From: Tubulanus polymorphus
Taxonomy: Eukaryota > Animalia > Nemertea
DNA length: 64,000 nt
Assembly (NCBI RefSeq): GCF_964204645.1
Contig: NC_134025.1
Coordinates: 4,588,001-4,652,000 of the forward strand
Direction of reading: 5' to 3'
This document shows, in pieces, positions 42,501-53,600 of this stretch. The first letter of the stretch is position 1, and each line of letters opens with the position of its first letter. A program made the translations under genes and the position numbers. The notes under the pieces were generated by a model, which did no database searches, was not told where the DNA came from, and saw only the letters and a program-made list of their open reading frames with translations.

Positions 42501-45500
42501 ACAGTGAAAAATTATTTTGTTCATATTTGTTTGTATTTATTGAATATAGGATGGATGTCAGGTTGAACAGGTCTCATTTGCGATGAAATGCATGATTCTG
42601 ATAAAACAGAGCAAATTAACAATCAAAGGTGATCTGATCACACCATTTTGGGAAAGATATTTTCACAAGAAGTTGGTATGTGTGCAAAGTATTCTAAAAC
42701 GGAACAGTGATAGATTATACCTTGTGTTTCACTGTGGTATTTTGTCTCTTAGACTGAGCAGCAATTGACATTGTCATTGGGAATGAAAGGTCTCACAAAT
42801 ATCCCGTAAGTTGTTAAACAGTCTTCAATTTGTATGTTGAATAACAATAGAGATGTAATTGTTGATGCTGTTTTAGGAAAAGCTCATCTCAATGGGTGCA
42901 GATGTGGAAAGATAAGTTGAATAAACGCGTAATTGGGTATGTGTGGTTGATATTTTTTAACCGTTGGTTCATGGCACGAGACATCAATTCTAGCTTGGAA
43001 AGTCACAATGACACTTGACATGATACTTTTGTTTGTATTTTAGAAAAGATCAAATTGAAAATGAATCATTATTCAACCAATTTCTGATCATGTTGGGCAA
43101 AATGCTGCCCTTAGCTGAAAAATCTATAAAAGGACGGTAAGCTGTTCTTAATAGTCAACATAAGGTATGTCATTTTATGCCATTCACCTTGATAGGGAAT
43201 TAATTCATTTTCAGTATCTTCTCCAAGTTTCATGAACGGAAGATGAAATCATTGACAGAGGTGGGATTCGTGAATTTCACTAGTTTGTTTATGGTGATGA
43301 CGCTCACGGGTGGAACTCAAACTGATACGGTTTGTTTGTACTTTCATTCGAGATCTATATTTCATCTCTGGAATCTTCGTTCTGTTTTCCCTAACTTCAT
43401 TTGTATCTTTAGGTGAACAAATTGTCCGATTTGTATTCGATGCTGTCATTCACCCCAAAATTTCTGAACACAGTGATAAAAGGCATGCTCGGCATTCTGC
43501 TGATTATTCATACGTCAAAAATTGATAACATCGAATTCACCAAAGAAATTGGTCAAACGTTCGGTAAAGTTTGCACGTAAGTCTGAAATAGTTTCTACCA
43601 TCCATTATGACTTATACAATGTATGATAATTGATTTCATTAAGCTGACAAATAATAAGATAAAAACCCACTATCTACAGATTAAAATAATTTAAAAACAA
43701 GAATTTATTTATTCAATCTAAAATATTTAGAATACACGACGTTTCGATCTCACCCTAGAGATGATCATCAGGTGTGACACCTGTATCGTGTATTCTATTC
43801 TGAAACGTCGTGTATTCTATATATTTTAGATTGAATAAATAAATTCTTGTTTTTAAATTCTTTCAATCTGTAGATAGTGGGTTTTTATCTTATTATCCGT
43901 TCACCACGTTTGACAGTGGTTTTCGTTCTAAGCTGACAAATGTTTATGCATTTCAGTTGGTTTCTTGAGAGTAATAATAGGAATGAGCCCGGCGTGCACC
44001 ATCAGTTGTGGACTGTAATGTGTACATATATGGATGGAGTACAGGAGATACTAGACCTCGGACCAATTTCAGCTGGGGTTGCGCCACTTATTCGTAAGTA
44101 CCCATAAAACAAAAATCCTTCATCATTCAATACAAATATTGAGTACCACTTCTTATTCTGATGTGATTTTTGATCTCTGATTTACTTCCAGCTGGTCATA
44201 TGGCTGATGCTCTTGAAGGTTCTTCTGGCAACAATGAGATGATCAGAATTTTGCAGTTTGTGCAAACTGTGATGCACAAAGTTAGGTGCGTTGTGCAAAT
44301 CTCTGCGTTCTATGAAATGCTTAACCATAGCTGCGGTGAACACTGAGACGATTTGGCCCGGGCCAAATTGGCACAGATCAGGCCACGCAAATCACTCACT
44401 CAATACTAAACAAAGTGAAGATAGGAACTAGTTGGATTTCACATGCAATAATTTGACCCATGCTAAGATTTGGCTCTGGCTTGGTCCGACATTGATGTTC
44501 GGGCCAGACAGGCATGGGTCTGTTTGGCACCTGTGTGAACAGTTTTGCTCCAGGCCTAATTTGGCGCAGGTCAAAAATACTTGTTTCATCGCAGCTTATG
44601 TTGTATTTGTTTTGGTTATTCAGAAACAGAGAAGAAGCAATCAATCAGTTAGTTAGTTTAGATAGTTACACAGGTTAGTAGCATTGATGCAGAATGCTTG
44701 AATGATGTATTTGAATTATTTTTTGAAGGAAGTTTATACACTTTTCAGAAATTGCTCGAATTCTATGGACCAGTGTGTTTCCATTCGTGAAAACTCATTC
44801 GACAACATTGACACCGCCTGAGATTTTGGCTGATGTTGCCACTAGTTTTACGCTATTAGCTCAAGATAGGTAAAAATACTGGACATACTGATGTTACCTG
44901 TATTTTTGCTCAAATGATGGATGAAAACTAAAACTTTTTCTATTTGTGTCTGGTTTTTTTTAAAGCCCACCTCCCGCATCAAGTGGTATAAAAGAAAATG
45001 TTTCAAGTCTCTTCAATTATTTCTCAATTAATGAGAATGTTAATGGACTGTAAGTATAAGTGTTCACAGATTGAGCCTTGAATAATGTCTGTAATGATGG
45101 CTTTATCTTTTCATCTATGTTTTTCAGATTCAGTTGTCGGTATATGTGTCACTTGATTCCACATGGTTTACTGTTCCCTCAGAATGATACACTATTGCAA
45201 GCATGGATACGATGTTGTCTTCTAATACCCGATGACTCCAGTGAACAGTTCACTGAGTTGACCAGGTTGATCTTCACTAGTGGGGCTATGAAAGACTTTG
45301 TGACATCGCAAGTTGATCCATCACCGAAAGTTTGTTTCCTTCATTTCCTGAAGTCCATACAGGAAGGTTATGAAAATGCTGTCAAAGAGGTAATAAACTT
45401 GTAGATTGTAGCTTGAATGCCAGTTGCCACGCGAATTTAGCCTACCGATATTAGGTAGTGTACTTTTATTTTCTCTGATTTTAGGGTTTATTGCATAAAA

Positions 45501-47294
45501 CAAACTACAGGGAAAAAGTGTTTAACTTGTTCAGTAATATGAACAAGTATGTGATACCACCATTGCGAACACCTTCTGGTTCACATATCTGTCACGTTTA
45601 CACGATGTGTGGACACATTATCTCACGCTGTGGATCTGCCTTATATCTACAGGTATGATTTACTGTAGTCAAGTTCATCTACTTAAAATTGTTGTCATTT
45701 ATTCATCATTTAGCCTTTTAGTAAATTCATTATTTTCGTATGGTACAAAATAACCAAATACATGTATTTATATACTTTGTCTATTTAATAAGTTTAATTT
45801 ATGTGTTTAGTCGAGAGCTGATTCGCCTTTACCTCCCCTTATCAAGAGCTTGATCTTACCACGTGTGATCTATGATGGTAACAAAGTTCTCCATTCTGCA
45901 CTACTTGCTGCTATGAAAGACACTATCCACATGGTAGGTGCAAGTATGCTCACATCATCTAAACTATTTCAGCTACCGGGTTTTTCATTGCTTCATTGTG
46001 TTTATTTTGTTGACATCTTTCAGTATGTTACTGGTTTGGCTAGTATAAAGATGGACCCTTATATTGAGAGGTGTATCCGTGACATATTCAAACATTATAT
46101 GAAAAGATTTCCATTGGTAAGTTCAAAAATGTGAAAATACCGTTCAGTGAAAGTCGTGTTTTAAACTTTTACATTGAACTTGTAATTTTTGCAGAGATCA
46201 TCATCGGGTGGAGGTGGTAGTTTACATCCCCTTGTGGTAAGTACGTAGTCGTTGATATTCTTTTGGTGTGAGTCGGTTTGCATCAATTTCGTAGCTAGAT
46301 TTTCATTGCTTGTTATTTCAGAATTGCTTACGTTTGATGCCAGCTTCCGTTAGAAAACTCATCTATGAAACAGTATTATCAAACTTTACTCAACCAGATA
46401 GCTCTACAGTAAGTACCAGCTCATAATGCAGGCCGAATGTACAATAGCTTTTCTTCTTAACTTGACCAGTTAGTTAGTATGTCACAAACTTTTACTGGAC
46501 TATCAATGATGTGTAGAATTCTTTTTAATTAGGCATGGATGTTTCTGAGTGAAGCATTTGTCACAAACCCTCCACAAGTTACATCAGAGTGAGTCATAAC
46601 AATACTCTTCTAGTTTACTGATTCTTAACAGGAGAAGCCTTGAATTCTACCATGAAATGAAATATATCAATTTTTCAGGGATTGCAAATATGTTATGAAC
46701 ACTCTGTTGTACAATTATATCGTGATCAAACAGCAACAGATTGAAGAAATCATGCAAAAATTACTGAGAGTCCTTCACAAAAATGGAACTGATTTAGATA
46801 AGTAAGCATACTTTTGCCCAGGCATCTATTGTGTGATATTGTGAAGTTTTATTCATTCTTAGAGTTTCATTTAAGTACATGCGAAATAAACGTATTATTA
46901 TTATTGCCTTATGTTTGATTTTGTCATTAAAAATTTTCAGAAATCAAACTGCTGATGTCATGAAAGAATTCATTGTGCAGCACTTCAAAGCATATTCAAT
47001 CAGATTATTGAAAGTACTAGACTTATTATCAAATTGGTGTCCGTCGGTTTTGTGTTTGCTCATACAAACTCTTACTGAAGTAATCCTCTACACTGAAACT
47101 AATCGTGGAATTGATACTCAATTAAGGTATTGATCAATGAGGAGATTAATTTGAGAGTGAATCTATTAGTTTTGAATTCTAATCTAATCACAATGTTGTT
47201 GTTGTTGTTGTCTCTTCGTAGAGAGAAGTATTACTGCATTTTGCGAAAGCTAGGAAATGAAGGCCAAGTGGAGATTTCTAGATTGACGTCTTAG
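39552..47294 (+). CDS. MMS22L: Protein MMS22-like (DNA repair); start codon not resolved
   Basis: Many short exons give RIILHP..IKLFGY, EICQVILWDLVLVAHSKYKV, SPFCCACMKQMWK, PFWFCLQQ, EFWWWLTMNITDLY, LADVATSFTLLA, LLQAWIRCCL, MDPYIERCIRDI and a last exon 47222-47294 (REKYYCILRKLGNEGQVEISRLTS*), in the order recalled for vertebrate MMS22L. Confidence 0.85.
39927..40117. mobile_element. MITE with 25-bp perfect terminal inverted repeats in an MMS22L intron
   Basis: TTCACCAAGAACCTTAGTGTCTGAT ... ATCAGACACTAAGGTTCTTGGTGAA. Confidence 0.8.
42211..42259 (+). ncRNA. Degenerate minimal type I hammerhead ribozyme (Penelope-like remnant)
   Basis: ATTC-CTGAAGAT-GATTAT..ATAGTC-AAAACATC-GAGT followed by AATAAA. 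Differs from CGAAACGTC by two CpG-to-CpA changes. Confidence 0.5.
43640..43941. mobile_element. Penelope-like retroelement remnant: inverted pLTR-like arms with a 13-bp target-site duplication
   Basis: TAAGCTGACAAAT at 43640-43652 and 43929-43941; ~95-bp inverted arms at 43651-43745 and 43802-43896; hammerhead core inside. Confidence 0.8.
43734..43775 (-). ncRNA. Minimal type I hammerhead ribozyme motif
   Basis: Minus strand reads ACAC CUGAUGA U C AUCUC UAGGGU GAGAU C GAAAC GUC GUGU: stem I ACAC/GUGU, intact core, palindromic ACGU stem III, GUC cleavage triplet. Confidence 0.7.
44329..44596. mobile_element. MITE in an MMS22L intron
   Basis: Ends AGCTGCGGTGAACA ... TGTTTCATCGCAGCT; internal ATTTGGC subrepeats and the palindrome ATTTGGCCCGGGCCAAAT. 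Confidence 0.65.
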
Positions 47295-48137
47295 TTGATC
47301 GAGCCATGGATGTTTAAACTCTAGGTTATACGACCAAATATGTTTGAAACAAAGAACTGATTGCCTGAAGAGATATTATGATGTGCAAATCCGTCTGTGA
47401 TGCATTTTTAGATAAAAGAGATACGTACCTGTACATAGTAAATAAATTTCCTTAAAAGTTCATTAAATGTATTTTAATTTGTTACTCTTCATCATGATTT
47501 GTCAAACCATGACAACTATCTTCATGGACACAATGACCCTGTACACAGGATTTAATTCTAGATTTATTAACAGAAATTGTAAATCCTACAAAATAAATTA
47601 GAATCTTTGCTATCAAAGATTGGCTTTCAAGATTATCCACAATGGATGCCGTGACAAATATTTTTCAGATAGCACTGATAGATCACATTTTTGTGAAAAT
47701 ATATCTCAAAGAGGGGCCTTAAATTTTTTCCATAAGTAGCACTTAGTAGTAGACTTGCTAAAAACCATGTAATTTGACTTTTGTCAGTTTCTTTGTGCAT
47801 GAATTGCTGTTAAGATATCTCGGCCTTGACAAAGTGATTATTGTGAAAACTGATCAGCTTATATTAACTAATTACTTAAGAGATTAATTAGTAAATAGTG
47901 ATTAGATTAAGCCTTTATAACTATAGTCAGTTTCATGACCAATCATCTCAAGTAGTCAAAGATGACGAGTCTTTGAGATGGCAGACGGCTAATTGTGCAT
48001 AATTTGATGCAGTCAACTGCTAATTGTCTCAATTTATCATCATGTTCTACATATATAAAGGACAACGTTCAGGGAAAATGTCATTACTCATCTGCCATCT
48101 ATCAAACTAACAGATCAGCAGCTAGAATTTAGTCATT

Positions 48138-48431
48138 ATGGACCGTTCTTTATTGGAATGTTCAATCATCAGTGGATTAGATGAATCTCTGTTACTGACA
48201 CCGATAACTCCTCTAGATGGTAGTGAACTTAGCGATATCAGCAGCTGCTGGGAAGATGAAGAAAGTGTATGTTATGAAATAGACGAACCACAACTAGATG
48301 TAACAGATGAAGAATATCCTAATATGAACGCCTCGAGATTTAAGAAATATTTGCGCAGATTCGACACCTGGGAGCAACAAATAACGGCATCACCGGAATT
48401 GAGGAAAACTAAATCGTGCATTGAGAAGTAA
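48138..48431 (+). CDS. Small acidic orphan protein, 97 aa
   Basis: Intronless ORF with TATATAAAG at ~48052 and an Inr-like TCATT ~30 bp downstream; biased protein-like composition; no family recognised. Confidence 0.55.
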   Translation: MDRSLLECSIISGLDESLLLTPITPLDGSELSDISSCWEDEESVCYEIDEPQLDVTDEEYPNMNASRFKKYLRRFDTWEQQITASPELRKTKSCIEK

Positions 48432-48959
48432 TTGTGACTAACTTCCAACGATCCAAGGTGAAGTGGATTACTTTAGACTTTGAACTTCTGTGCTACTGGA
48501 ATTTGAACCGGCTATGGTATTTCAAGTTTCTATACAATATGGTGCTACGTGTATATAGCTCGTATTTGTAAATACTTATCTATATTGATCTAATATAAAA
48601 TATTCTATCTACCAACATTTTTGTTTGTATCTTTTTTGCTTTTGAGATTTTTTGATCAGTTTTTCTTGAGTCGTGGTTGGATTTCAAGTATCTATCAGAC
48701 AGAACAAGAGGACAGTTTTTAGCTTCGATCAGAACCAAAACAAATTACCTACGATTATATCTGATGGCTTTTTATTCGAGAAAACACAATTACGAGTATT
48801 TAAGACAATAGTCCACTTAGAACACATGTTGAAACAGAAATAAATTCACTCGTCATGGAAATCGTAACAGGAATTACACAAACACATGATATGCACAAAC
48901 CCAAGAGAAGGTTAGAAAAATATTTGTAATTTCATAGTACAATTAACCCGTGATTAACA

Positions 48960-49805
48960 TCAAGGTTTTTCACCTTTCGAAAGACGGTGATTGATCTCAT
49001 TAACAATATCAGGCAGTTGTACAATACTGTCTATTACATAATGAGCACCACTGTTGATTAAAATCTCTTGTGCAACTGTATTGCGTTGTTTCATATCATC
49101 TTCGCTGACTTCGTTTTCTTCCTCAAAAGAATTGATATTCATGTAGTTGCTGTATCTTGAAACAGCAACTGCCCAGCATCCGGCTTCAAGAGCTTCATGG
49201 ATTGTATAAGAAGTAGCGCCAACTTTAACAACTGATTGAATAGGACTAATATCCAAAAGGCCCATACTTTTGTAAATCATATGAGGTTTTGGATGGATTC
49301 CATTGTTCACTTCATCACTGGCAACTGTAGTATTAGGATGGTAGCCTTGTTTAACGGCAGCATTTAGTAAAATATCGACCATCGAACGCGATAGACAAGT
49401 AGTGCTTCCGATCTTACAATTCAAGTCCGTCTTTAAAGAATCTATTGCTTTCGATGTACCGGGTATCAATTCACCGTATTCGTGTAGACTTTTCATAAAC
49501 ATAGGCACAAAGTCTGAATACATACTGTTAACATCAGCTTCATTAGGTAATTGACCATGTAAATCCTTCCATCTCTTCGACACGGATGGAATTTTCAATA
49601 TTTCCAAAATCTGCAAATCCATTCTTAGTCCTATTGATTTACGTACATGTTCAACACCGATCGGAACCTTGTATTTTTTGAAAAACTGGTCGAAAACTCG
49701 CGTTGTGGCAAGGGAATATTTATTTGCAGAAGTTCCGCACCAGTCGAGAATGCAGGCTTTCACCGGTCCGGTATAAATCCGGTTGTAGCGATATAGAGAT
49801 GTCAT
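48960..49805 (-). CDS. phnX: Phosphonoacetaldehyde hydrolase (phosphonatase, PhnX; HAD family) homologue, probably catalytically inactive
   Basis: Intact intronless 281-aa ORF with VKACILDWCGT, IPG, KIGSTT, GYHP..VASDEV, PKPHM, SVVKVG, EALEAGCWAVAV and GAHYVIDSIVQLP..INHRLSKGEKP (typical PhnX C-terminus). Confidence 0.9.
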   Translation of the reverse strand: MTSLYRYNRIYTGPVKACILDWCGTSANKYSLATTRVFDQFFKKYKVPIGVEHVRKSIGLRMDLQILEILKIPSVSKRWKDLHGQLPNEADVNSMYSDFVPMFMKSLHEYGELIPGTSKAIDSLKTDLNCKIGSTTCLSRSMVDILLNAAVKQGYHPNTTVASDEVNNGIHPKPHMIYKSMGLLDISPIQSVVKVGATSYTIHEALEAGCWAVAVSRYSNYMNINSFEEENEVSEDDMKQRNTVAQEILINSGAHYVIDSIVQLPDIVNEINHRLSKGEKP

Positions 49806-50783
49806 CTTGTGTGAACTGTGGTGAAACTATAGAGAAGTAGAAATATTAAAACTGACTGCAAAAAAAGTACTAATATATATATTACAAATAAGGGTAAAGG
49901 AACGAAGATTTAGAAGAGAAGAGATAGAATAGAAATTGTTGTTGTTGTCAAATTAGAGCAATTTAGGATACTTTATTGATACAAAGCACAAGAACCAACA
50001 TTAGGCCTACTTAGAGGCCCGAGGACCATCCTTATACATTAAAACATCCAGTTTCACCTTCATTAATACTTACTCGATATATGTGCAATAGAAAGTACGT
50101 CTAAACGTTCCTGTCCAGTGAACTGACGCCAACGTAGACACTTTTATATTTCCGCATGTTTCGTCGAAGAGTCATGTGACCACATGTTACATGCTACTCC
50201 AAACAGTTTCACTTCCATTTAAAGCATAGTTTACCAACCAATAATTGAAATCTAATCCCTTTATTGAAATTCTAATTGATATGTGTTCATAATTTGATCA
50301 ATAAATTAATTCTTTATTCTACAAAATACGGAAATCACATGTCATTTGCCGGTACATGTACATGTAACATATACTTCCGCATGTCGCCTCGGTTTACACA
50401 TTCTCCGCAAGAAATATAATGGTTTTCTATCTTAAAGTTGACAATCGAATTATAGGTAATTACCAATTAAATTTTCAATATGTTTCAACGTATAAGATTG
50501 TCAGTTTCGAGTGTAGACGGCTTGCAATAATCCCGCTTTAAGGACAAAAGTCTTGAAAATAGCTCTCAATCAAATTCAATTTGTTTTTATTGTATATCTC
50601 TGGACTGTGGGATTTACTGGATGATAAAACTTTGATGTTATCGACCGAACTTCCAATCGTTCAAATATTATTTCTTTTCTAATCTTTTTCAGCATTTACG
50701 ATATTCAACGTGGAAATTCAAAAAGAAAGAGGTCACTATCCGGAAAATCATCGATCAGAATATTCTGTTCATAGAAATTAAGA

Positions 50784-53600
50784 ATGTCAACGATACTGCT
50801 TGTGATCGTTGGGCTTCTCGTCCATTTAGTATTTTTCTACTCGATATTTGATATATATTTCACATCTCCGTTAGTACACGGGATGACGCCACAAGTCAAT
50901 ACGTTACCGAGCCCCGCGAAACGTCTCGTACTGTTCGTCGCTGATGGATTACGTGCGGATAAATTCTACGAACTCGATGAATCTGGAAACACGAGAACGC
51001 CGTTTCTTCGAAATATAGTCGAACACGACGGAGCGTGGGGAGTATCGCATACACGCGTACCTACAGAATCCAGACCGGGACATGTAGCTCTGATCGCTGG
51101 ATTTTATGAGGACGTCAGCGCTGTCGCTAAAGGCTGGAAAGAAAATCCGGTTGAATTCGATTCGGTTTTCAATGAAAGTCGATACACCTGGTCGTGGGGA
51201 AGTCCGGATATCTTACCGATGTTCTCTAAAGGTGCGACCGGTGATCATGTCTTCGCGTACACGTACCCAGCAGGAAATGAAGATTTTGCTGCGGCTGATT
51301 CTTCCAAATTAGACACTTGGGTGTTCGACAAAGTGAAAGATTTCTTCCAAAGCGCGCGCTTGAATTCCACGCTTACAAAAATGTTACAGCAAGATAAACT
51401 CATATTTTTCTTACACTTGCTCGGTATTGATGTAAATGGCCACGCTCATAGACCATATTCTAAAGAGTATCTAAAGAATATCGAGACTGTTGATAATGGT
51501 GTTGAAGAAATTGTGGCTAATTTAGAAGACTTCTTTGGACATGATGGTAAAACTGCTTACGTGGTAACTGCCGATCATGGTATGAGTGATTGGGGATCGC
51601 ACGGTGCAGGAAGCTTGAGTGAAACACTAACACCTCTGGTTGCTTGGGGTGCCGGGGTTCGCAAAGCGAGGCGTTCTGAACAAAATTTCGCGGATGATTT
51701 CGCTAAAGATTGGAGACTCGAAGGAATTGAGCGCGTCGACGTCAATCAGGCGGATATCGCGCCTCTCATGGCCAGTTTGATCGGAATTTCATACCCAGTG
51801 AATAATGTCGGAACTTTACCGGTTGAATATTTACGAACAGACAATCGTTTTAAGGCTCACAGCTTGTGGGCTAACGCCCGCCAAATGATCCAACAGTTCG
51901 AGGTGAAAAAGCTCGAAAAACGAAACAGCACATTGTCGATGTTGTTCAAGCCTTTTCATAAACTTTCGAACTCGAAGAAGATAAAACTGATGGCGTCGTT
52001 GGAAGATCTCGTGAAAGCTGAAAGGTACAGCGACGCCATTCCATTAGCGAAAGAGGTGATTGAATTGGCTTTAGAAGGATTGACGTATTATCACAATTAC
52101 GATCGGTTCTTTCTGGGCACGAGTGTCGCCCTCGGTTACGTCGGCTGGATGGGATTTATCATTACTACAATCATTAATGAACATACCGGAATACAAAAAT
52201 TCAATAACAAAGTTCGAAATGGATCGCAATTGTTGAAACTGTGCGTGCACCTAATGTCGATATTTACGGCTTGTTTTATCATTGCTCTTCTCTACGTTCA
52301 ATCACTACCGGTCCCCTATTATATCTACTGTCTGTTACCGGTGATTCTTTGTGACCTGGTTTTATGTCGAATACAAGGATTTAAAGCCTTTATTCAGTAC
52401 GCCGCGCGATATCGACAAAACCTACGCGTTTGGGTGCTCATAATCATCGGATTGTTCGGACTTGAATTACTGTTGCTTAGTTTCTTTTATCGAGAAATTC
52501 TATCGCTGATACTTTTCGGTATGGGAATCTGGCCGCTTCTGACTCCCGTTACGAAACTGGACAAGCTAGCCAGAGCTGGATGGGTGATGAGTTGTCTTTG
52601 CGTTGGGTGCTTTCCGTTGATGCCTGTTGTCGGCAGAGATCATAATTATAACTATGTATGTGCTGCTTGTATCATAGCTGTTGCCGCTTCCTTATACTGC
52701 CTGCAAAGACCCGAATGTGGAATCGCTGCCACAAAGAAAAAAATACAGGATTCGCCTGTAATGTATCTGACTATTGTCCAGATAGTCATAATGATAGCTT
52801 CTATGATGATAGTGCTGTACACTTCTCAACAAATCAAAAACAAAGAAAGTGTACTCTTTATTAGTCAATTGATAAGCTGGTCAATTTTAGGTTTATCAAC
52901 AGTACTGCCATTACTAAGTAATTTACAAATAGTGACTAGATTATTTAACATAGCTTTAGCTTTAGTACCGCCGTATTTACTATTGAGCACTGCTCACGAG
53001 GCGTTGTTCATTGTTTGTCTGTGTTTTCTGATGTATTTTTGGATGCGTATTGAAAATGCGATGTATGGCAGTAAAAGCTTGCAGGTTTATCAATATAGTT
53101 TCGTTGAAAATGATAGCATAATACAATCATCGCACCGTCCATTGGTCGCCACAGATCTGAGAAGAGCGTATTTCTTTTTGTTCTTCATTATGATGGCATT
53201 CTTTGGTACTGGAAATATCGCTAGCATAAACAGCTTTGACCCATCATCTGTTTATTGCTTTGTGACTGTGTTTAGTCCATTTACTATGGGCGGTCTCATG
53301 TTAGTTAAAATTATCATTCCATTTTTGCTTGTCACTTGTACATTTCAAGCCATTCATGTTACAATGAAAGTTCCACTAAAAAGTCTTTTTCTCGTTGTGC
53401 TATTAATGTCCGATTTTATGGCCTTGCACTTTTTCTTCCTGGTAAAGGACCACGGAAGTTGGCTTGAAATTGGCACTACCATCAGCCATTATGTTATTGT
53501 AATGTCAACGATAATTTTTTTGATGCTGTTAGTCGGCTTGGCTAGGATTTTGACAACGTTTAGTTTACGTAAGATTCCTCTGCCAAAGAAACGTCACTGA
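50784..53600 (+). CDS. PIGN: GPI ethanolamine phosphate transferase 1 (PIG-N/Mcd4), intronless CDS
   Basis: 938-aa ORF: SIFDIYFTSPLVHGM, LVLFVADGLRAD, SHTRVPTESRPGHVA, HLLGIDVNGH, TADHGMSDWGSHG, FFGTGNIASINSF, GSWLEIGTTISHY; C-terminal KKRH ER-retrieval signal. Probable 5'UTR intron ~50456-50692. Confidence 0.97.
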   Translation: MSTILLVIVGLLVHLVFFYSIFDIYFTSPLVHGMTPQVNTLPSPAKRLVLFVADGLRADKFYELDESGNTRTPFLRNIVEHDGAWGVSHTRVPTESRPGHVALIAGFYEDVSAVAKGWKENPVEFDSVFNESRYTWSWGSPDILPMFSKGATGDHVFAYTYPAGNEDFAAADSSKLDTWVFDKVKDFFQSARLNSTLTKMLQQDKLIFFLHLLGIDVNGHAHRPYSKEYLKNIETVDNGVEEIVANLEDFFGHDGKTAYVVTADHGMSDWGSHGAGSLSETLTPLVAWGAGVRKARRSEQNFADDFAKDWRLEGIERVDVNQADIAPLMASLIGISYPVNNVGTLPVEYLRTDNRFKAHSLWANARQMIQQFEVKKLEKRNSTLSMLFKPFHKLSNSKKIKLMASLEDLVKAERYSDAIPLAKEVIELALEGLTYYHNYDRFFLGTSVALGYVGWMGFIITTIINEHTGIQKFNNKVRNGSQLLKLCVHLMSIFTACFIIALLYVQSLPVPYYIYCLLPVILCDLVLCRIQGFKAFIQYAARYRQNLRVWVLIIIGLFGLELLLLSFFYREILSLILFGMGIWPLLTPVTKLDKLARAGWVMSCLCVGCFPLMPVVGRDHNYNYVCAACIIAVAASLYCLQRPECGIAATKKKIQDSPVMYLTIVQIVIMIASMMIVLYTSQQIKNKESVLFISQLISWSILGLSTVLPLLSNLQIVTRLFNIALALVPPYLLLSTAHEALFIVCLCFLMYFWMRIENAMYGSKSLQVYQYSFVENDSIIQSSHRPLVATDLRRAYFFLFFIMMAFFGTGNIASINSFDPSSVYCFVTVFSPFTMGGLMLVKIIIPFLLVTCTFQAIHVTMKVPLKSLFLVVLLMSDFMALHFFFLVKDHGSWLEIGTTISHYVIVMSTIIFLMLLVGLARILTTFSLRKIPLPKKRH

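Noticed and set aside
48960-49805. Bacterial contamination as the source of phnX
   Set aside because: Contiguous with intron-containing animal genes, host-like AT content, no operon context.
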